Below, in pieces: positions 1 through 9,653 of a DNA stretch of 43,953 nt. Each line of letters begins with the position of its first letter. Position 1 is the first letter of the stretch. Below the pieces are notes generated by a model that worked only from the letters and a program-made list of their open reading frames with translations, was not told the origin of the DNA and did no database searches. The DNA is taken from the UHGV virus genome UHGV-0199997. The stretch is one strand, 5' to 3'. This stretch comes from a virus. The translations under genes and the position numbers were made by a program.

Positions 1-417
1 ATGAAACTTTCTGATTTTTATTTCGAAGAGAAAGCACTGGTAGGCAAGAAGATGCCGATTACGCTGCCGAATGGTGAAGACTCAGGAGAGTGGCTTAACG
101 TTGTAAATACGGATGCGGATGCCGCCGTTAAAGCCGGGCGTGCTTTCATTATTGCGTACCGCCGTGGGTTGGCGCGTTTCGAAGAACTGGAAAAAGCCGC
201 CAAAGAAACCGGCGACTATACTGAATATAACCTGGCGGTTAACGAACTGGCGGAAGACCTCAACCGGCAACTCGCGGCAGAAGTCGTAAACGGCTGGAGC
301 TTTGACGAGCCATTCTCTAAGGAAGCGTTTAACAAATTGCTCGATCAGTTCAAAGCATTAGGCACACAGGTAGCGGCGTTTCATAACGCTGAACGTAAAG
401 CATTACAGGAAAAGTAG
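1..417 (+). CDS. tail assembly chaperone (gpG-like)
   Basis: 138-aa ORF directly upstream of the tape measure gene; acidic helical protein; the window end supplies an RBS (AAAGGA 43941-43946) if the sequence is circular. Confidence 0.55.
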   Translation: MKLSDFYFEEKALVGKKMPITLPNGEDSGEWLNVVNTDADAAVKAGRAFIIAYRRGLARFEELEKAAKETGDYTEYNLAVNELAEDLNRQLAAEVVNGWSFDEPFSKEAFNKLLDQFKALGTQVAAFHNAERKALQEK

Positions 418-782
418 ACGCGCTGTACAGGTTCGCCACCTACGAGTTCGTTGATAAGCATAAAATCAGAGAGTTTGATTCTATAGCTGACGGACACGAA
501 CAGGCGCTTATCGCGATGGGTGTAATCGATAAGAAAAAACGTGCAGCGCGACGGGGTGGGCCGGAATGCCCGCCCCTTTTTATATCCACCTTTGAGACGT
601 ATTGCGACATTAAGTTTACGCGACACGTGCGCGAGGACGCTGTAGTATTGTTTGCAAGAGAATCCGTTACGTGGCAAGACCTGAAAGCCTATCTCGATGT
701 TACGCAAAAGCAGCTTAGCCTGTTCGAGATAGACATTATCATGGGCTTAGAAGCAATCTTTGAAGGTAGAAATCATGGCTGA
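399..782 (+). CDS. tail assembly chaperone T-extension (putative G-T fusion via -1 frameshift)
   Basis: -1 frame opens at 399 right after a TAA (396-398), is protein-like through 782 and overlaps the tape measure start; heptamer G GAA AAG at 408-414 resembles the lambda G/GT slip site G GGA AAG. Confidence 0.4.
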   Translation, partial: SITGKVDALYRFATYEFVDKHKIREFDSIADGHEQALIAMGVIDKKKRAARRGGPECPPLFISTFETYCDIKFTRHVREDAVVLFARESVTWQDLKAYLDVTQKQLSLFEIDIIMGLEAIFEGRNHG

Positions 783-3048
783 TACCGCTAGTTTGATAGT
801 ACGAGTATCATCGACCGGCGTCGATAAAACCACATCACAACTGAACGGGCTTACTAAGGCGGCGGGGGCCGCAGCAGCCGCCGTTGTCAGTCTGGAAACC
901 GCTAAGCAGGTGTTCAGCGCGCTGGTGGACTCTCAGCGCAACTTCGACAAGCTAAATTCCGGACTCATCACGATGACCGGGAGCGCGGAGAACGCGGCTA
1001 AGGCTTTCAGCGTCCTGCAACAATTCGCAAAAGAAACCCCATACGGGCTTAACCAGGCGGTGGAAGGCTTTACTAAACTTGTGGCCCTGGGCCTGAACCC
1101 CAGCAAAGAAGCGTTAATCTCCTATGGCAACACCGCCGCGGCTATGGGTAAAGACCTTAATCAAATGATTGAGGCTGTGGCGGACGCCAGTACCTTTGAG
1201 TTTGAGCGCCTAAAAGAGTTCGGCATCAAGTCCTCCCAACAGGCAGATACAGTGTCGTTCACGTTCCGCGGCGTAACGACTACTGTTAAAAAGAACTCCG
1301 AAGAGATTCAGAAATACCTTCTGAACATCGGCAACACGGATTTCGCCGGGGCGATGGAGACGCGCTCTAAGACGTTAGACGGCCAGTTATCGAGCCTCGC
1401 TGACTCTTTCGACGGCCTTGTTCTTGCGGTAGCGCAATCCGGTTTTGGCGACGCGGTAGGTGAACAAGCAGCAACAGCGGAAGATGCCATCACGGCGCTC
1501 ACCGACGCCATTGCGTCTAATGAGATAGCAGCCACGCTGCAGGATTGGGTGACACTGTTCAATGAGTCGTTCAAGTTTATCTCCGACGCCTTGAACGACC
1601 TGGCATTTGACACCGAGGACAAATCCGCGGATATGTCCGACTCGCTGGGTACCATACCTGACGCTATCCGTGAGTGGTTGCCCGACATCCAGCAGACATT
1701 CCACGAGGTTATCGCGTGGTTCCAGCGCATTGACGATTATGCCGTAGCGCTAGGGCAGACCCTTGCCGACGTGTTTGACCCGAGCAAAACGGCAGCGCTC
1801 ACATTTAAAAACCTGACTGCAGAAGCCGACGCCGCATACGCCGCCAGCATAAAACGCGCAGAGGCAGAATCACAGGCCATTACCAACAGGTCTAAGCAGC
1901 GTAAGAAAGAAATTGAGGAGCAACGCAAGCAGTATAATGAGCGCAAGAAGCAAGAGATTGACTTAGCCAGCCTTGTTAATAACAAGGGTGGAACTGGTGG
2001 GGCGGGAAACACCAACGACAAAGACGCGAAAGCTGCCGCTAAGAAAGCGGAGCAATTACGTAAACAGGCGCAGGATTACCTCGACACTTTGGCTCGTCAG
2101 AACAACGACGAGTTAAAGGCTATTGACGCTCAGGAACAGCAGAAACTGGCTAAGGCAAAAGAGTTCTACGGCCAGGGCGCGTTGTCTCTGAAAGAATACG
2201 AACAAGCTAAAACGGCTATCGTCCTTGAAGCAGGGCAAAAACGGCAAGATGAACTGGATAAACGCCAGAAAGAAGCCCAGGAAAAGCAGCAGAAAGGCGA
2301 CGACTTCATGGCCCAGATTATGGGCCAGAACGCCACTGAGCTTGAGCTTCTCGATATCCAGGAACAGCAGAAACTGGCTGTCGCCGATAAATACCGCGAA
2401 CAGGGGCTGATTAAAGAGGAACAGTATCAGGCGGCACTTAACGCTATCAATGAGCAGTATGCTACGAAGCGCGCCGACGCAACGGCAACCGCCTTTGGTA
2501 ACATGGCCTCAAATATCGGGTCTGCGTTGGGCGAGGCCTCTGGTGCGTATAAGGCATTCGCTATCGTACAGGCCACTATCGCCACGTACACCGCAGCTAT
2601 TGAGGCGTACAAGTCAACGGCTGCTATCCCTGTAGTTGGCCCGTTCCTGGCCCCTGTAGCCGCTGCCGCTGCCGTTGGGGCAGGTATGGCGCAGATTTCA
2701 GCTATCAGATCCGCACGTGAACAGGGTGGTCAGTTGTCCGCGGGGCAGGCTTCCACCATCACGGAACGCGATAAACCTGAGGTTATCATGCCGGCGGGTG
2801 CATCGCGTGTGCGCACCGCGCAGCAGATGAAAGAAATTATGGGGCAAAACGGGTCTTCTTCCGGCCCGTCTAATGTTACTATCGTAAACAACACGAGTTC
2901 TCAAATCGGCAAAGTATCCACCGAACAAGATGATGAAGGCCGTTTGCGAATCATCATTGAAGAACAGGTTGCCGCGTCTTTGCAGAACAGCAACAGTAAG
3001 ATTAGCAAGGCCCGCAAGGCCACAAGAAATGCGCCGGGGTTCAAATAA
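775..3048 (+). CDS. tail tape measure protein
   Basis: Roughly 760-aa helical protein rich in A/Q/K/E repeats with a hydrophobic Gly/Ala segment near the C-terminus, in the expected position after the chaperone; ATG 775 follows RBS GAAGG (762-766). The ORF track opens at TTG 760. Confidence 0.85.
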   Translation: MADTASLIVRVSSTGVDKTTSQLNGLTKAAGAAAAAVVSLETAKQVFSALVDSQRNFDKLNSGLITMTGSAENAAKAFSVLQQFAKETPYGLNQAVEGFTKLVALGLNPSKEALISYGNTAAAMGKDLNQMIEAVADASTFEFERLKEFGIKSSQQADTVSFTFRGVTTTVKKNSEEIQKYLLNIGNTDFAGAMETRSKTLDGQLSSLADSFDGLVLAVAQSGFGDAVGEQAATAEDAITALTDAIASNEIAATLQDWVTLFNESFKFISDALNDLAFDTEDKSADMSDSLGTIPDAIREWLPDIQQTFHEVIAWFQRIDDYAVALGQTLADVFDPSKTAALTFKNLTAEADAAYAASIKRAEAESQAITNRSKQRKKEIEEQRKQYNERKKQEIDLASLVNNKGGTGGAGNTNDKDAKAAAKKAEQLRKQAQDYLDTLARQNNDELKAIDAQEQQKLAKAKEFYGQGALSLKEYEQAKTAIVLEAGQKRQDELDKRQKEAQEKQQKGDDFMAQIMGQNATELELLDIQEQQKLAVADKYREQGLIKEEQYQAALNAINEQYATKRADATATAFGNMASNIGSALGEASGAYKAFAIVQATIATYTAAIEAYKSTAAIPVVGPFLAPVAAAAAVGAGMAQISAIRSAREQGGQLSAGQASTITERDKPEVIMPAGASRVRTAQQMKEIMGQNGSSSGPSNVTIVNNTSSQIGKVSTEQDDEGRLRIIIEEQVAASLQNSNSKISKARKATRNAPGFK

Positions 3049-3548
3049 TGACTGACTTATATTTCCCACGTAGCCTTAAGCCTATCGTATCAAAAGGCTA
3101 CTCGATGACCAGACGCAACAACGTCTGGAGTGTCGATTTAGCCTGCGTCGGGGTGCGTCAGGGCCGTGACACGTACTACGACGTGTTCCCGATAAGCGTA
3201 ACCCTGATTACCTCAGCGCTGGGGCGGCAGGCGTTTCTATCGTTTCTCGAAAAAGTAGACGGCGGTGCGTCAAGTTTCTGGATGGCGCATGACTTCGGCA
3301 TGGGTATCGAGGATTATCAAGTCACCATCACGTCCACCATCGCGGAGTCCACAGAAGACGGCATTAACTGGACGATTACTTTCACGGCAACCGCTGAGAA
3401 ATCGCCGTTCCAGGATGAGGATAACCAGTGCCTTGTTAACAATCTGCCGGATTTGTACGGTTGCTATGGTGATGTGCTGGGATGTCTCATTAAAACCTAC
3501 GGCGCCGCACAATCAACGTTTCCACGAATTTGGGATCCGATGCAATGA
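3048..3548 (+). CDS. minor tail protein (gpM-like, distal tail)
   Basis: 166-aa ORF immediately after the tape measure gene, overlapping its stop; call is by synteny with lambda-type tail tip order. Confidence 0.5.
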   Translation: MTDLYFPRSLKPIVSKGYSMTRRNNVWSVDLACVGVRQGRDTYYDVFPISVTLITSALGRQAFLSFLEKVDGGASSFWMAHDFGMGIEDYQVTITSTIAESTEDGINWTITFTATAEKSPFQDEDNQCLVNNLPDLYGCYGDVLGCLIKTYGAAQSTFPRIWDPMQ

Positions 3549-4060
3549 GTCAGGAATCAGTAGAAGCCGCCTATCGCCGTAAGCTGGCTTCAAATCCCGA
3601 CGGCGAGATGGATTACATCACGTTGCAAATCAGCCACCCGTTGCTGTCAAAGACGTATTATCTTGTGCGCGGGCTGCAGGAACTTACGGCAACACTGGAG
3701 ACGGGCGAAACAATCACGTTCGAGCCGACCCCGATGGAAGCGTCGGGGGCCGCTAACAACAGCGATATGGACCAGACGACCACGTTTACTTTACCGGATA
3801 TCCTCAATCAACTGGATGATGAGATGGATAAAATCCCGATGAGTAATACTGAGTTGCCAAAGTTCGTATTCCGCCGTTACGTCAGCACCGACCTGTCTTA
3901 CCCGGCTGACGGCCCCGTCGTGTATGAGTTGCAGGCCATCAACCAGGAGAAAGGTGAGTTCTCTGCAGATGTTGGTACACCTATGCTGAACCAACGAAGC
4001 ACTGGTATACTGATGACACCTAAAGAGATACCGTTATTACGCGGCCTGTTGACCACATGA
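3545..4060 (+). CDS. minor tail protein L-like
   Basis: ATGA stop-start overlap with the upstream gene; N-terminal region resembles lambda gpL; synteny M-L-K. Confidence 0.55.
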   Translation: MSQESVEAAYRRKLASNPDGEMDYITLQISHPLLSKTYYLVRGLQELTATLETGETITFEPTPMEASGAANNSDMDQTTTFTLPDILNQLDDEMDKIPMSNTELPKFVFRRYVSTDLSYPADGPVVYELQAINQEKGEFSADVGTPMLNQRSTGILMTPKEIPLLRGLLTT

Positions 4061-4422
4061 ATATTAACGACTACACGGGCATACCTTACGACTTTCGCAA
4101 ACGCAATTGCTGGCATCACGTGCGCATTGTCCGCGCGGACGCCGGGTTAGACACCCCGGCGTTCGACGTCACAAGCCCTACGGCAATTAACGAAGCGTTT
4201 GACGAAGGTCATCGCAACACAAAGGGGCTTACGAAGATTGATAAGCCTGAAAACTTCTGTGCGGTGCTTATGGGGTATCGCCGTGGTGGTCGTATCGTGT
4301 GGCACGCAGGAGTTTACTTCGACGGGATGGTGAGTCATTGCGAGCTTGCATCCCGTCAGGTACGGCTTGACAGGCTGGCGGATCTCAGAGACACGTACAC
4401 GGAGATTGAATTTTGGCGATAA
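4057..4422 (+). CDS. tail assembly protein K-like, NlpC/P60-type peptidase domain
   Basis: ATGA overlap start; Cys in NCWHH and His in WHAGVYFDGMVSHCE are consistent with an NlpC/P60 catalytic pair as in the lambda gpK C-terminal domain. Confidence 0.55.
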   Translation: MNINDYTGIPYDFRKRNCWHHVRIVRADAGLDTPAFDVTSPTAINEAFDEGHRNTKGLTKIDKPENFCAVLMGYRRGGRIVWHAGVYFDGMVSHCELASRQVRLDRLADLRDTYTEIEFWR

Positions 4423-6968
4423 TCCTGCACTACACGCGAAACGCCGACGGCGCTTTCGACCGTACAAAACACGTCGGGATGCCGATGGAGTTTGTCGTTA
4501 ACCGTATTCCCGACGGCGTGCCTGCGCGAGTCTACCTCGGTGAGATTGGTGATGATACCGACGTAACCGACGACTTCGATGCGCTTAAAGACGAAGACGC
4601 GGTATACCACATTATTGAGGGTGCGGGTAGCGGGGCGCTTGGTGCCGTTAGTAAGGTGTTCGGTTTTATCCTTAAGCCAATCGCCAAGTTGTTCGGCCTG
4701 AACATGTCCGCTAACGCCAACTACACGGCGACTAACAATCAGACAACGTCACCGAACAACAGCCTTACCGACCGCTCAAACAAACCACGCCCTTACGAGC
4801 GCTCTTATGACATCTGCGGTACTGTGCAGACAATCCCTAACGACCTTATGCAGACGTATAAGGCGTTCAACTCAACTGGTGCTTTGCTGGAGTATTCGTA
4901 CTATGACGCGGGACGCGGGCATCTGCATATTGAGGCGGATGGCGTCACAGAAGGCGACACCCTTATAAGCGACATCACGGGTTCTTCTGTTGCCGTGTAC
5001 GCGCCGTATACTTCCCCGAACAACACCGCATCTCCCCAACTACAAATCGGCGACGTCATTGACCAGAAACTCTATGTGACATACTCCAACGACGACGTTG
5101 ACGGTATTGTACTGAAAGCACCAAACGACATCGGAGCTAACCCAAGCGCCGACGGCACCGCTAAACGTATTTCAAACACCGGCTACATTTATGACCCGTC
5201 AGGCGACTCTGCTTTTTCTGAGTTTCTTAGCGTCGGTGATGTCGCGGTGCTGAGCAACTTTGACGTTGCTGATGTCACTAACCTGAACGGCTCGTTTGAG
5301 GTTTTATACGTTGACGACTTCGAAGTAAGATTAGCCGTAAACGGTGCGTCTAACTGGACGGCGTTGACCAGCGGACAGACGTACACCCTAACAGAGCGTT
5401 CAGATACGTTTATTGGCCCGAGCAACACCTATGACGTATCCCTGACAGACTGGTATTACATGGTGCGCGGAGAGGTTGACCGTGTGCTCGCTAACGTAGC
5501 CGGGCAGAACGGCCTATACAAATACGACGGCGGCTATAACCGCACCAGCGTAACCGTAGAACTCCAGTACCAGATGATTGACTCTCAGCGCAACCCGTTG
5601 AGTGATATTTACACGGTACAGGCTACAATTACAGGCAACAATACGGATTACGTCGGTACGTCTATCTACGGACAGTTGCCGACAGCATCTCGTTTCCGCG
5701 CCCGTATGCGCCGTGTAACTAATTTTGACAAGGGCTACGACGGAACGGTAAGTGACGAGATAACCTTCATCAACCTGTACGGGCAGTCGCTGGACACAAC
5801 CCCACACTACGGCAACCGAACTACCGTGCATTGCGCACGTAAACAGACGCCGCGCGCCGCCAGTATCGACAACCCGGAACTACGCATGATTGCTACCGAG
5901 ATGTGCTACAAATACCTCGGCAATGGGGTGTTCGATACGGTAATGACTCCGAACACTCAGGCAGTGCAGTCGCTAATCCGACTGGCCCGAGACCCAGCGG
6001 TTGGTAATCTGAAACTGACAACGGTAAACATGGATAAGTTGCTTGCTGTGCAGGAAGAAATTGAGTCGTATTTCGGAAGTGAATTAGCGGGGCAATTCTG
6101 CTACACGTTCGACGACTACGACACCACGATGCAGGACATTGTTCAGACCATAGCGGAAGCCGTTTTCTGTACCGCATACCGTAAAGGCGCGGATATTATG
6201 TTGCGGTTTGACCGTCCGGTTGCGGGGCCTGAAATGGTGTTCACCCACCGCAGCAAAACTACCGGTACGGAGAAATGGACCCGCACGTTCAACGATTCTA
6301 CGACCTACGATAGCCTGTCGTTCTCGTACATCGACCCGGATACGAATGTACAGGAAACGATTTATATCCCGGAAGAACTCGGTGCAAATACGGAGGAGTA
6401 CGAATCGAAGGGCGTGCGCAACTACCAACAGGCATATTGGCTGGCGTGGCGTCGCTATCAGCGCAACACGTTAAGTAAAGTTGTCGTAGAGTTCGAAGCT
6501 ACGGAAGAAGGCGCTCTCGCTACCCCAGGCGGCGTAATTAGTGTAGTTAAAGGTTCACGTATTGCACCACAGGACGGCTATATTGTTGCCGTTAATGGGC
6601 TTACACTTACGTTATCCCAGCCTGTTACGTTTACTCCTGGCGATGACCACTCCATCATTCTTAAGAAGCGCGATGGCTCGGTGCAGAGTATCTCCGTTAT
6701 CAAAGGAAGCCACGACCGCGAAGTGATTATGCTCTCTGCGCCGGAGGAGGCAATCTACACAGGGAATAGTGCGCTAAAAACTGAGTTTTCATTCGGCAAC
6801 GAAGCAAGGCATAATGCTCAGAAGATAGTTGTTTCTTCAATCGACCCGGGCGACGACCGCACGGTCAAGATTACGGGCTACAACTATGATGACGGATTCT
6901 ATAAATACGACGGCGTCGCGCCATACGGCAGCGGTTTCTCCGACGGATTCAGCAATGGTTTTAATTAA
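4413..6968 (+). CDS. tail tip protein (gpI-like N-terminus fused to gpJ-like host-specificity region)
   Basis: 851-aa ORF; N-terminal ~100 aa (AVYHIIEGAGSGALGAVSKVFGFIL) resembles lambda gpI, the rest is a large beta-rich tip protein. The track start is TTG 4413; ATG 4476 or 4482 are alternatives. Confidence 0.6.
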   Translation: MAIILHYTRNADGAFDRTKHVGMPMEFVVNRIPDGVPARVYLGEIGDDTDVTDDFDALKDEDAVYHIIEGAGSGALGAVSKVFGFILKPIAKLFGLNMSANANYTATNNQTTSPNNSLTDRSNKPRPYERSYDICGTVQTIPNDLMQTYKAFNSTGALLEYSYYDAGRGHLHIEADGVTEGDTLISDITGSSVAVYAPYTSPNNTASPQLQIGDVIDQKLYVTYSNDDVDGIVLKAPNDIGANPSADGTAKRISNTGYIYDPSGDSAFSEFLSVGDVAVLSNFDVADVTNLNGSFEVLYVDDFEVRLAVNGASNWTALTSGQTYTLTERSDTFIGPSNTYDVSLTDWYYMVRGEVDRVLANVAGQNGLYKYDGGYNRTSVTVELQYQMIDSQRNPLSDIYTVQATITGNNTDYVGTSIYGQLPTASRFRARMRRVTNFDKGYDGTVSDEITFINLYGQSLDTTPHYGNRTTVHCARKQTPRAASIDNPELRMIATEMCYKYLGNGVFDTVMTPNTQAVQSLIRLARDPAVGNLKLTTVNMDKLLAVQEEIESYFGSELAGQFCYTFDDYDTTMQDIVQTIAEAVFCTAYRKGADIMLRFDRPVAGPEMVFTHRSKTTGTEKWTRTFNDSTTYDSLSFSYIDPDTNVQETIYIPEELGANTEEYESKGVRNYQQAYWLAWRRYQRNTLSKVVVEFEATEEGALATPGGVISVVKGSRIAPQDGYIVAVNGLTLTLSQPVTFTPGDDHSIILKKRDGSVQSISVIKGSHDREVIMLSAPEEAIYTGNSALKTEFSFGNEARHNAQKIVVSSIDPGDDRTVKITGYNYDDGFYKYDGVAPYGSGFSDGFSNGFN

Positions 6969-6980
6969 AGAGGACTCTAT

Positions 6981-8975
6981 ATGTCAAGCGGATGCGGTGA
7001 CGTTTTAAGCCTGGCGGATTTACAAACCGCCAAGAAACACCAGATTTTTGAAGCTGAGGTTATCACCGGCAAGTCCGGCGGTGTCGCTGGCGGTGCTGAT
7101 ATTGATTATGCGACCAATGCGGTTACAGGGCAGACCCAAAAGACACTACCTGCCGTGTTACGTGACGTGGGCTTCCGCCCGGCGGCATTTACGTTCGCCA
7201 CTGGAGGTACGCTGGGTGTTAATGACGCAGATTTAGCGGTTTTATGGCCTATTTCCGATGGTGGCGATGGTAACTATTACGCGTGGAAAGGCGCGCTGCC
7301 GAAGGTTGTGCCTGCGGCGTCGACCCCTCTAACCACCGGCGGCGTTTCCGATGAGGCTTGGATGCCTGTGACAGAGGCCGCCTTACGTAGTGATTTAGCT
7401 TCCAGTAGTGGGGCTGGTATGATAGGGACTACCTCAGGCGCTACGGTGCAAGATACTATTAATCAAACAGGAACCCAGCAAAAGGATTTACATCCATTTG
7501 TACCAACAGGTTCTTTCGGTTCTGGTGCTTCTTTCACTTCTACACTTCAAGTATTCGAACATAATGGCGAATATTATTCATACAAAGGACCAATTTCACC
7601 AGGTTCTACAGTCCCGGCAACACCATCATCCGATGCAAACTGGAAAAAAGAACCCGTGTCTGACTATATTGAAAATTACGGCGGCGGCGTGCATGTTGCC
7701 GACCAAACACCCGCGATATTAAAAGCTATAGATGCTGGTGTACGACGCATTGTTCTACCCAAGGGTGAGCTTAGGATGTCACCTTGTACCATACCGGGAT
7801 ACACCCAAGGGCTAACTTTTGTAGGTCAAGGTGCTAACCAGGCGTACTCAGGTACTACAGTAATAAAACCGTTGAACGATGGTCAGAACTATATTTTTGG
7901 CTCTGGTGACACTAATGATGGGCAAGATAGTATTAAGTTTGAAAACATCCAGTTCGACGGTGAGTGGCGGTGCAACCACGCCATACTGCATACTCGTGGT
8001 GCCGGTTGGTACTACGAGAAGTTAACTGGCAAGAGATTCAATACGTGGTTTATCTACGACGGTCAAGGACTTGCCAGATTTAGAGATATTTATTGCGAAG
8101 CCACTGATGCATCAGATATCTCAATCCGTGCAACGGGGGGTGGCATACGGGTGTATAGCGACTCTGTCCTGGACACTGTGGAAGTGTACGGAGGAAGCTG
8201 CCCATTAAGGTTATCAGCCGGTGGCAATCGAGCTAGCAATATCTTTTGTAATGGAGGGTATGATATCGGCGCTATAGCTTTAGAGCCACAAGATACTTCA
8301 ACAAATCATATAAACACGGCGTTAAGTAATATATATATAGGTGAGAGTACTAATACATCAGGTGTAGCTATCCCAATTTTAGCACTGTATGGAAACTCCG
8401 TAAGAAAAGTAGAATCTGTGCAAATATCTAACGCTCATTTTGTTCATGCATCAACCACATTGAATACTAACATGACAGTTATAAGGGCTGATAAAGTTAA
8501 TGGTTTTGTTATGTCTTCTTTTGATGCACTTGCCATGGGAGAATACAGCACATCTAGCCGACGTACATATAACTTCCTTAATGCAACTAATTCTACATCT
8601 ATGTTATTTTCTGCTGGCAGTATTAGAGGCGTAAATAATAATCCAATAGTATTGGGTGATGGATGCTCATTGAGCATAGATGCAGTTGAGTTTAATGGCT
8701 GGGGTACAAACTCTGATTCTGGCACTGAAAACAAAGCCGCTATCAGAACCACATCCTCCGATGCAAGGTGCGTGATAGGCTCATCATGTAACTTTACCGC
8801 AAGTCAAACAGACTCATACGCCGTTTGTGCTTATAATGAGTTTACGGTTAGCGCATCGATACTTAACATAAACTATAGTAGTTCTACAATATTCTACCCT
8901 GCTAACGTTAATTACAGTTACATATATAAACGTCCCGGTGGTAAGATAACTTTAGTTAACACTTTTAGTGCGTAG
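6981..8975 (+). CDS. tailspike / tail fiber (receptor-binding protein), mosaic
   Basis: 664-aa ORF with RBS AAGAGGA; GC-rich N-terminal anchor domain followed by an AT-rich, Ser/Thr/Asn/Gly-rich C-terminal part; last gene of the tail operon, followed by a strong terminator. Confidence 0.7.
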   Translation: MSSGCGDVLSLADLQTAKKHQIFEAEVITGKSGGVAGGADIDYATNAVTGQTQKTLPAVLRDVGFRPAAFTFATGGTLGVNDADLAVLWPISDGGDGNYYAWKGALPKVVPAASTPLTTGGVSDEAWMPVTEAALRSDLASSSGAGMIGTTSGATVQDTINQTGTQQKDLHPFVPTGSFGSGASFTSTLQVFEHNGEYYSYKGPISPGSTVPATPSSDANWKKEPVSDYIENYGGGVHVADQTPAILKAIDAGVRRIVLPKGELRMSPCTIPGYTQGLTFVGQGANQAYSGTTVIKPLNDGQNYIFGSGDTNDGQDSIKFENIQFDGEWRCNHAILHTRGAGWYYEKLTGKRFNTWFIYDGQGLARFRDIYCEATDASDISIRATGGGIRVYSDSVLDTVEVYGGSCPLRLSAGGNRASNIFCNGGYDIGAIALEPQDTSTNHINTALSNIYIGESTNTSGVAIPILALYGNSVRKVESVQISNAHFVHASTTLNTNMTVIRADKVNGFVMSSFDALAMGEYSTSSRRTYNFLNATNSTSMLFSAGSIRGVNNNPIVLGDGCSLSIDAVEFNGWGTNSDSGTENKAAIRTTSSDARCVIGSSCNFTASQTDSYAVCAYNEFTVSASILNINYSSSTIFYPANVNYSYIYKRPGGKITLVNTFSA

Positions 8976-8979
8976 AAAT

Positions 8980-9005
8980 AAGGCCCCGAAAGGGGCCTTT
9001 TCTCT
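8980..9005. terminator. bidirectional rho-independent terminator
   Basis: AGGCCCC-GAAA-GGGGCCT stem-loop followed by TTTCTCT; sits between the convergent tailspike gene and the minus-strand replication operon. Confidence 0.7.
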
Positions 9006-9141
9006 ACTCTTCTGATACCTTCTCCAGTACAAACGCCAGTTGCGCATTAGCGGCATCTCTTTGCTGCCGTAGTCGTAGAACCTCTTCTTCAAGTTCCTTG
9101 ATACGTTTTTGTAATGCCGGAATCGGGGCTATGATGTTCAT
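9004..9141 (-). CDS. small coiled-coil protein (45 aa), not in the ORF track
   Basis: MNIIAPIPALQKRIKELEEEVLRLRQQRDAANAQLAFVLEKVSEE; its ATG overlaps the TGA of the upstream primase-like gene (ATGA), suggesting translational coupling. Confidence 0.35.
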   Translation of the reverse strand: MNIIAPIPALQKRIKELEEEVLRLRQQRDAANAQLAFVLEKVSEE

Positions 9142-9653
9142 CTGGTAAATTTCCTCGCAAGATACGTTATTTCTTCTTCACAAAGTTCATCAAGGTCATT
9201 TGACACAAATCCTCTGGTGAATGTTTTGCTGAACTTTAAGCCCGCTTTATCATTGTCACCGGCGCACACCCATTCATACGGCAAAAGTGACATTTGCTGC
9301 CGTAAGTCCGCTGGTATGTTCGACCCCAATGCGCTAACTGCATTAAACCCGCAATTCATCAAAGCAACAGCTTTAAATATGCTTTCGGTAACAAATACCA
9401 CCCCGCTACTCGGCAAATACTCAAGTCCCCATAAACACGGCCTTGTTGTTCGGGTATAGTACCGCGCGTCTTTATGGTTCTTGCAGTTCTTTTCGGCGTG
9501 TGGTTTGTAGTGCTGGTACCCGCGAAGCCTACCGTCAAATCCCCACAGGTAAAACGTAGCTACTCCAGGGCCTAAGACTACACGTAAACGGTCCGCGTCA
9601 AAACCTCGTGACAGCAGATGTGCCTTAAGTAGTAACTCCTCGCTGCCCATCAT
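9138..9653 (-). CDS. TOPRIM-domain primase-like protein
   Basis: TOPRIM signature: conserved Glu in FVTESIF and DxD in CAGDNDKAG; ATGA overlap with the helicase stop. Confidence 0.6.
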   Translation of the reverse strand: MMGSEELLLKAHLLSRGFDADRLRVVLGPGVATFYLWGFDGRLRGYQHYKPHAEKNCKNHKDARYYTRTTRPCLWGLEYLPSSGVVFVTESIFKAVALMNCGFNAVSALGSNIPADLRQQMSLLPYEWVCAGDNDKAGLKFSKTFTRGFVSNDLDELCEEEITYLARKFTR

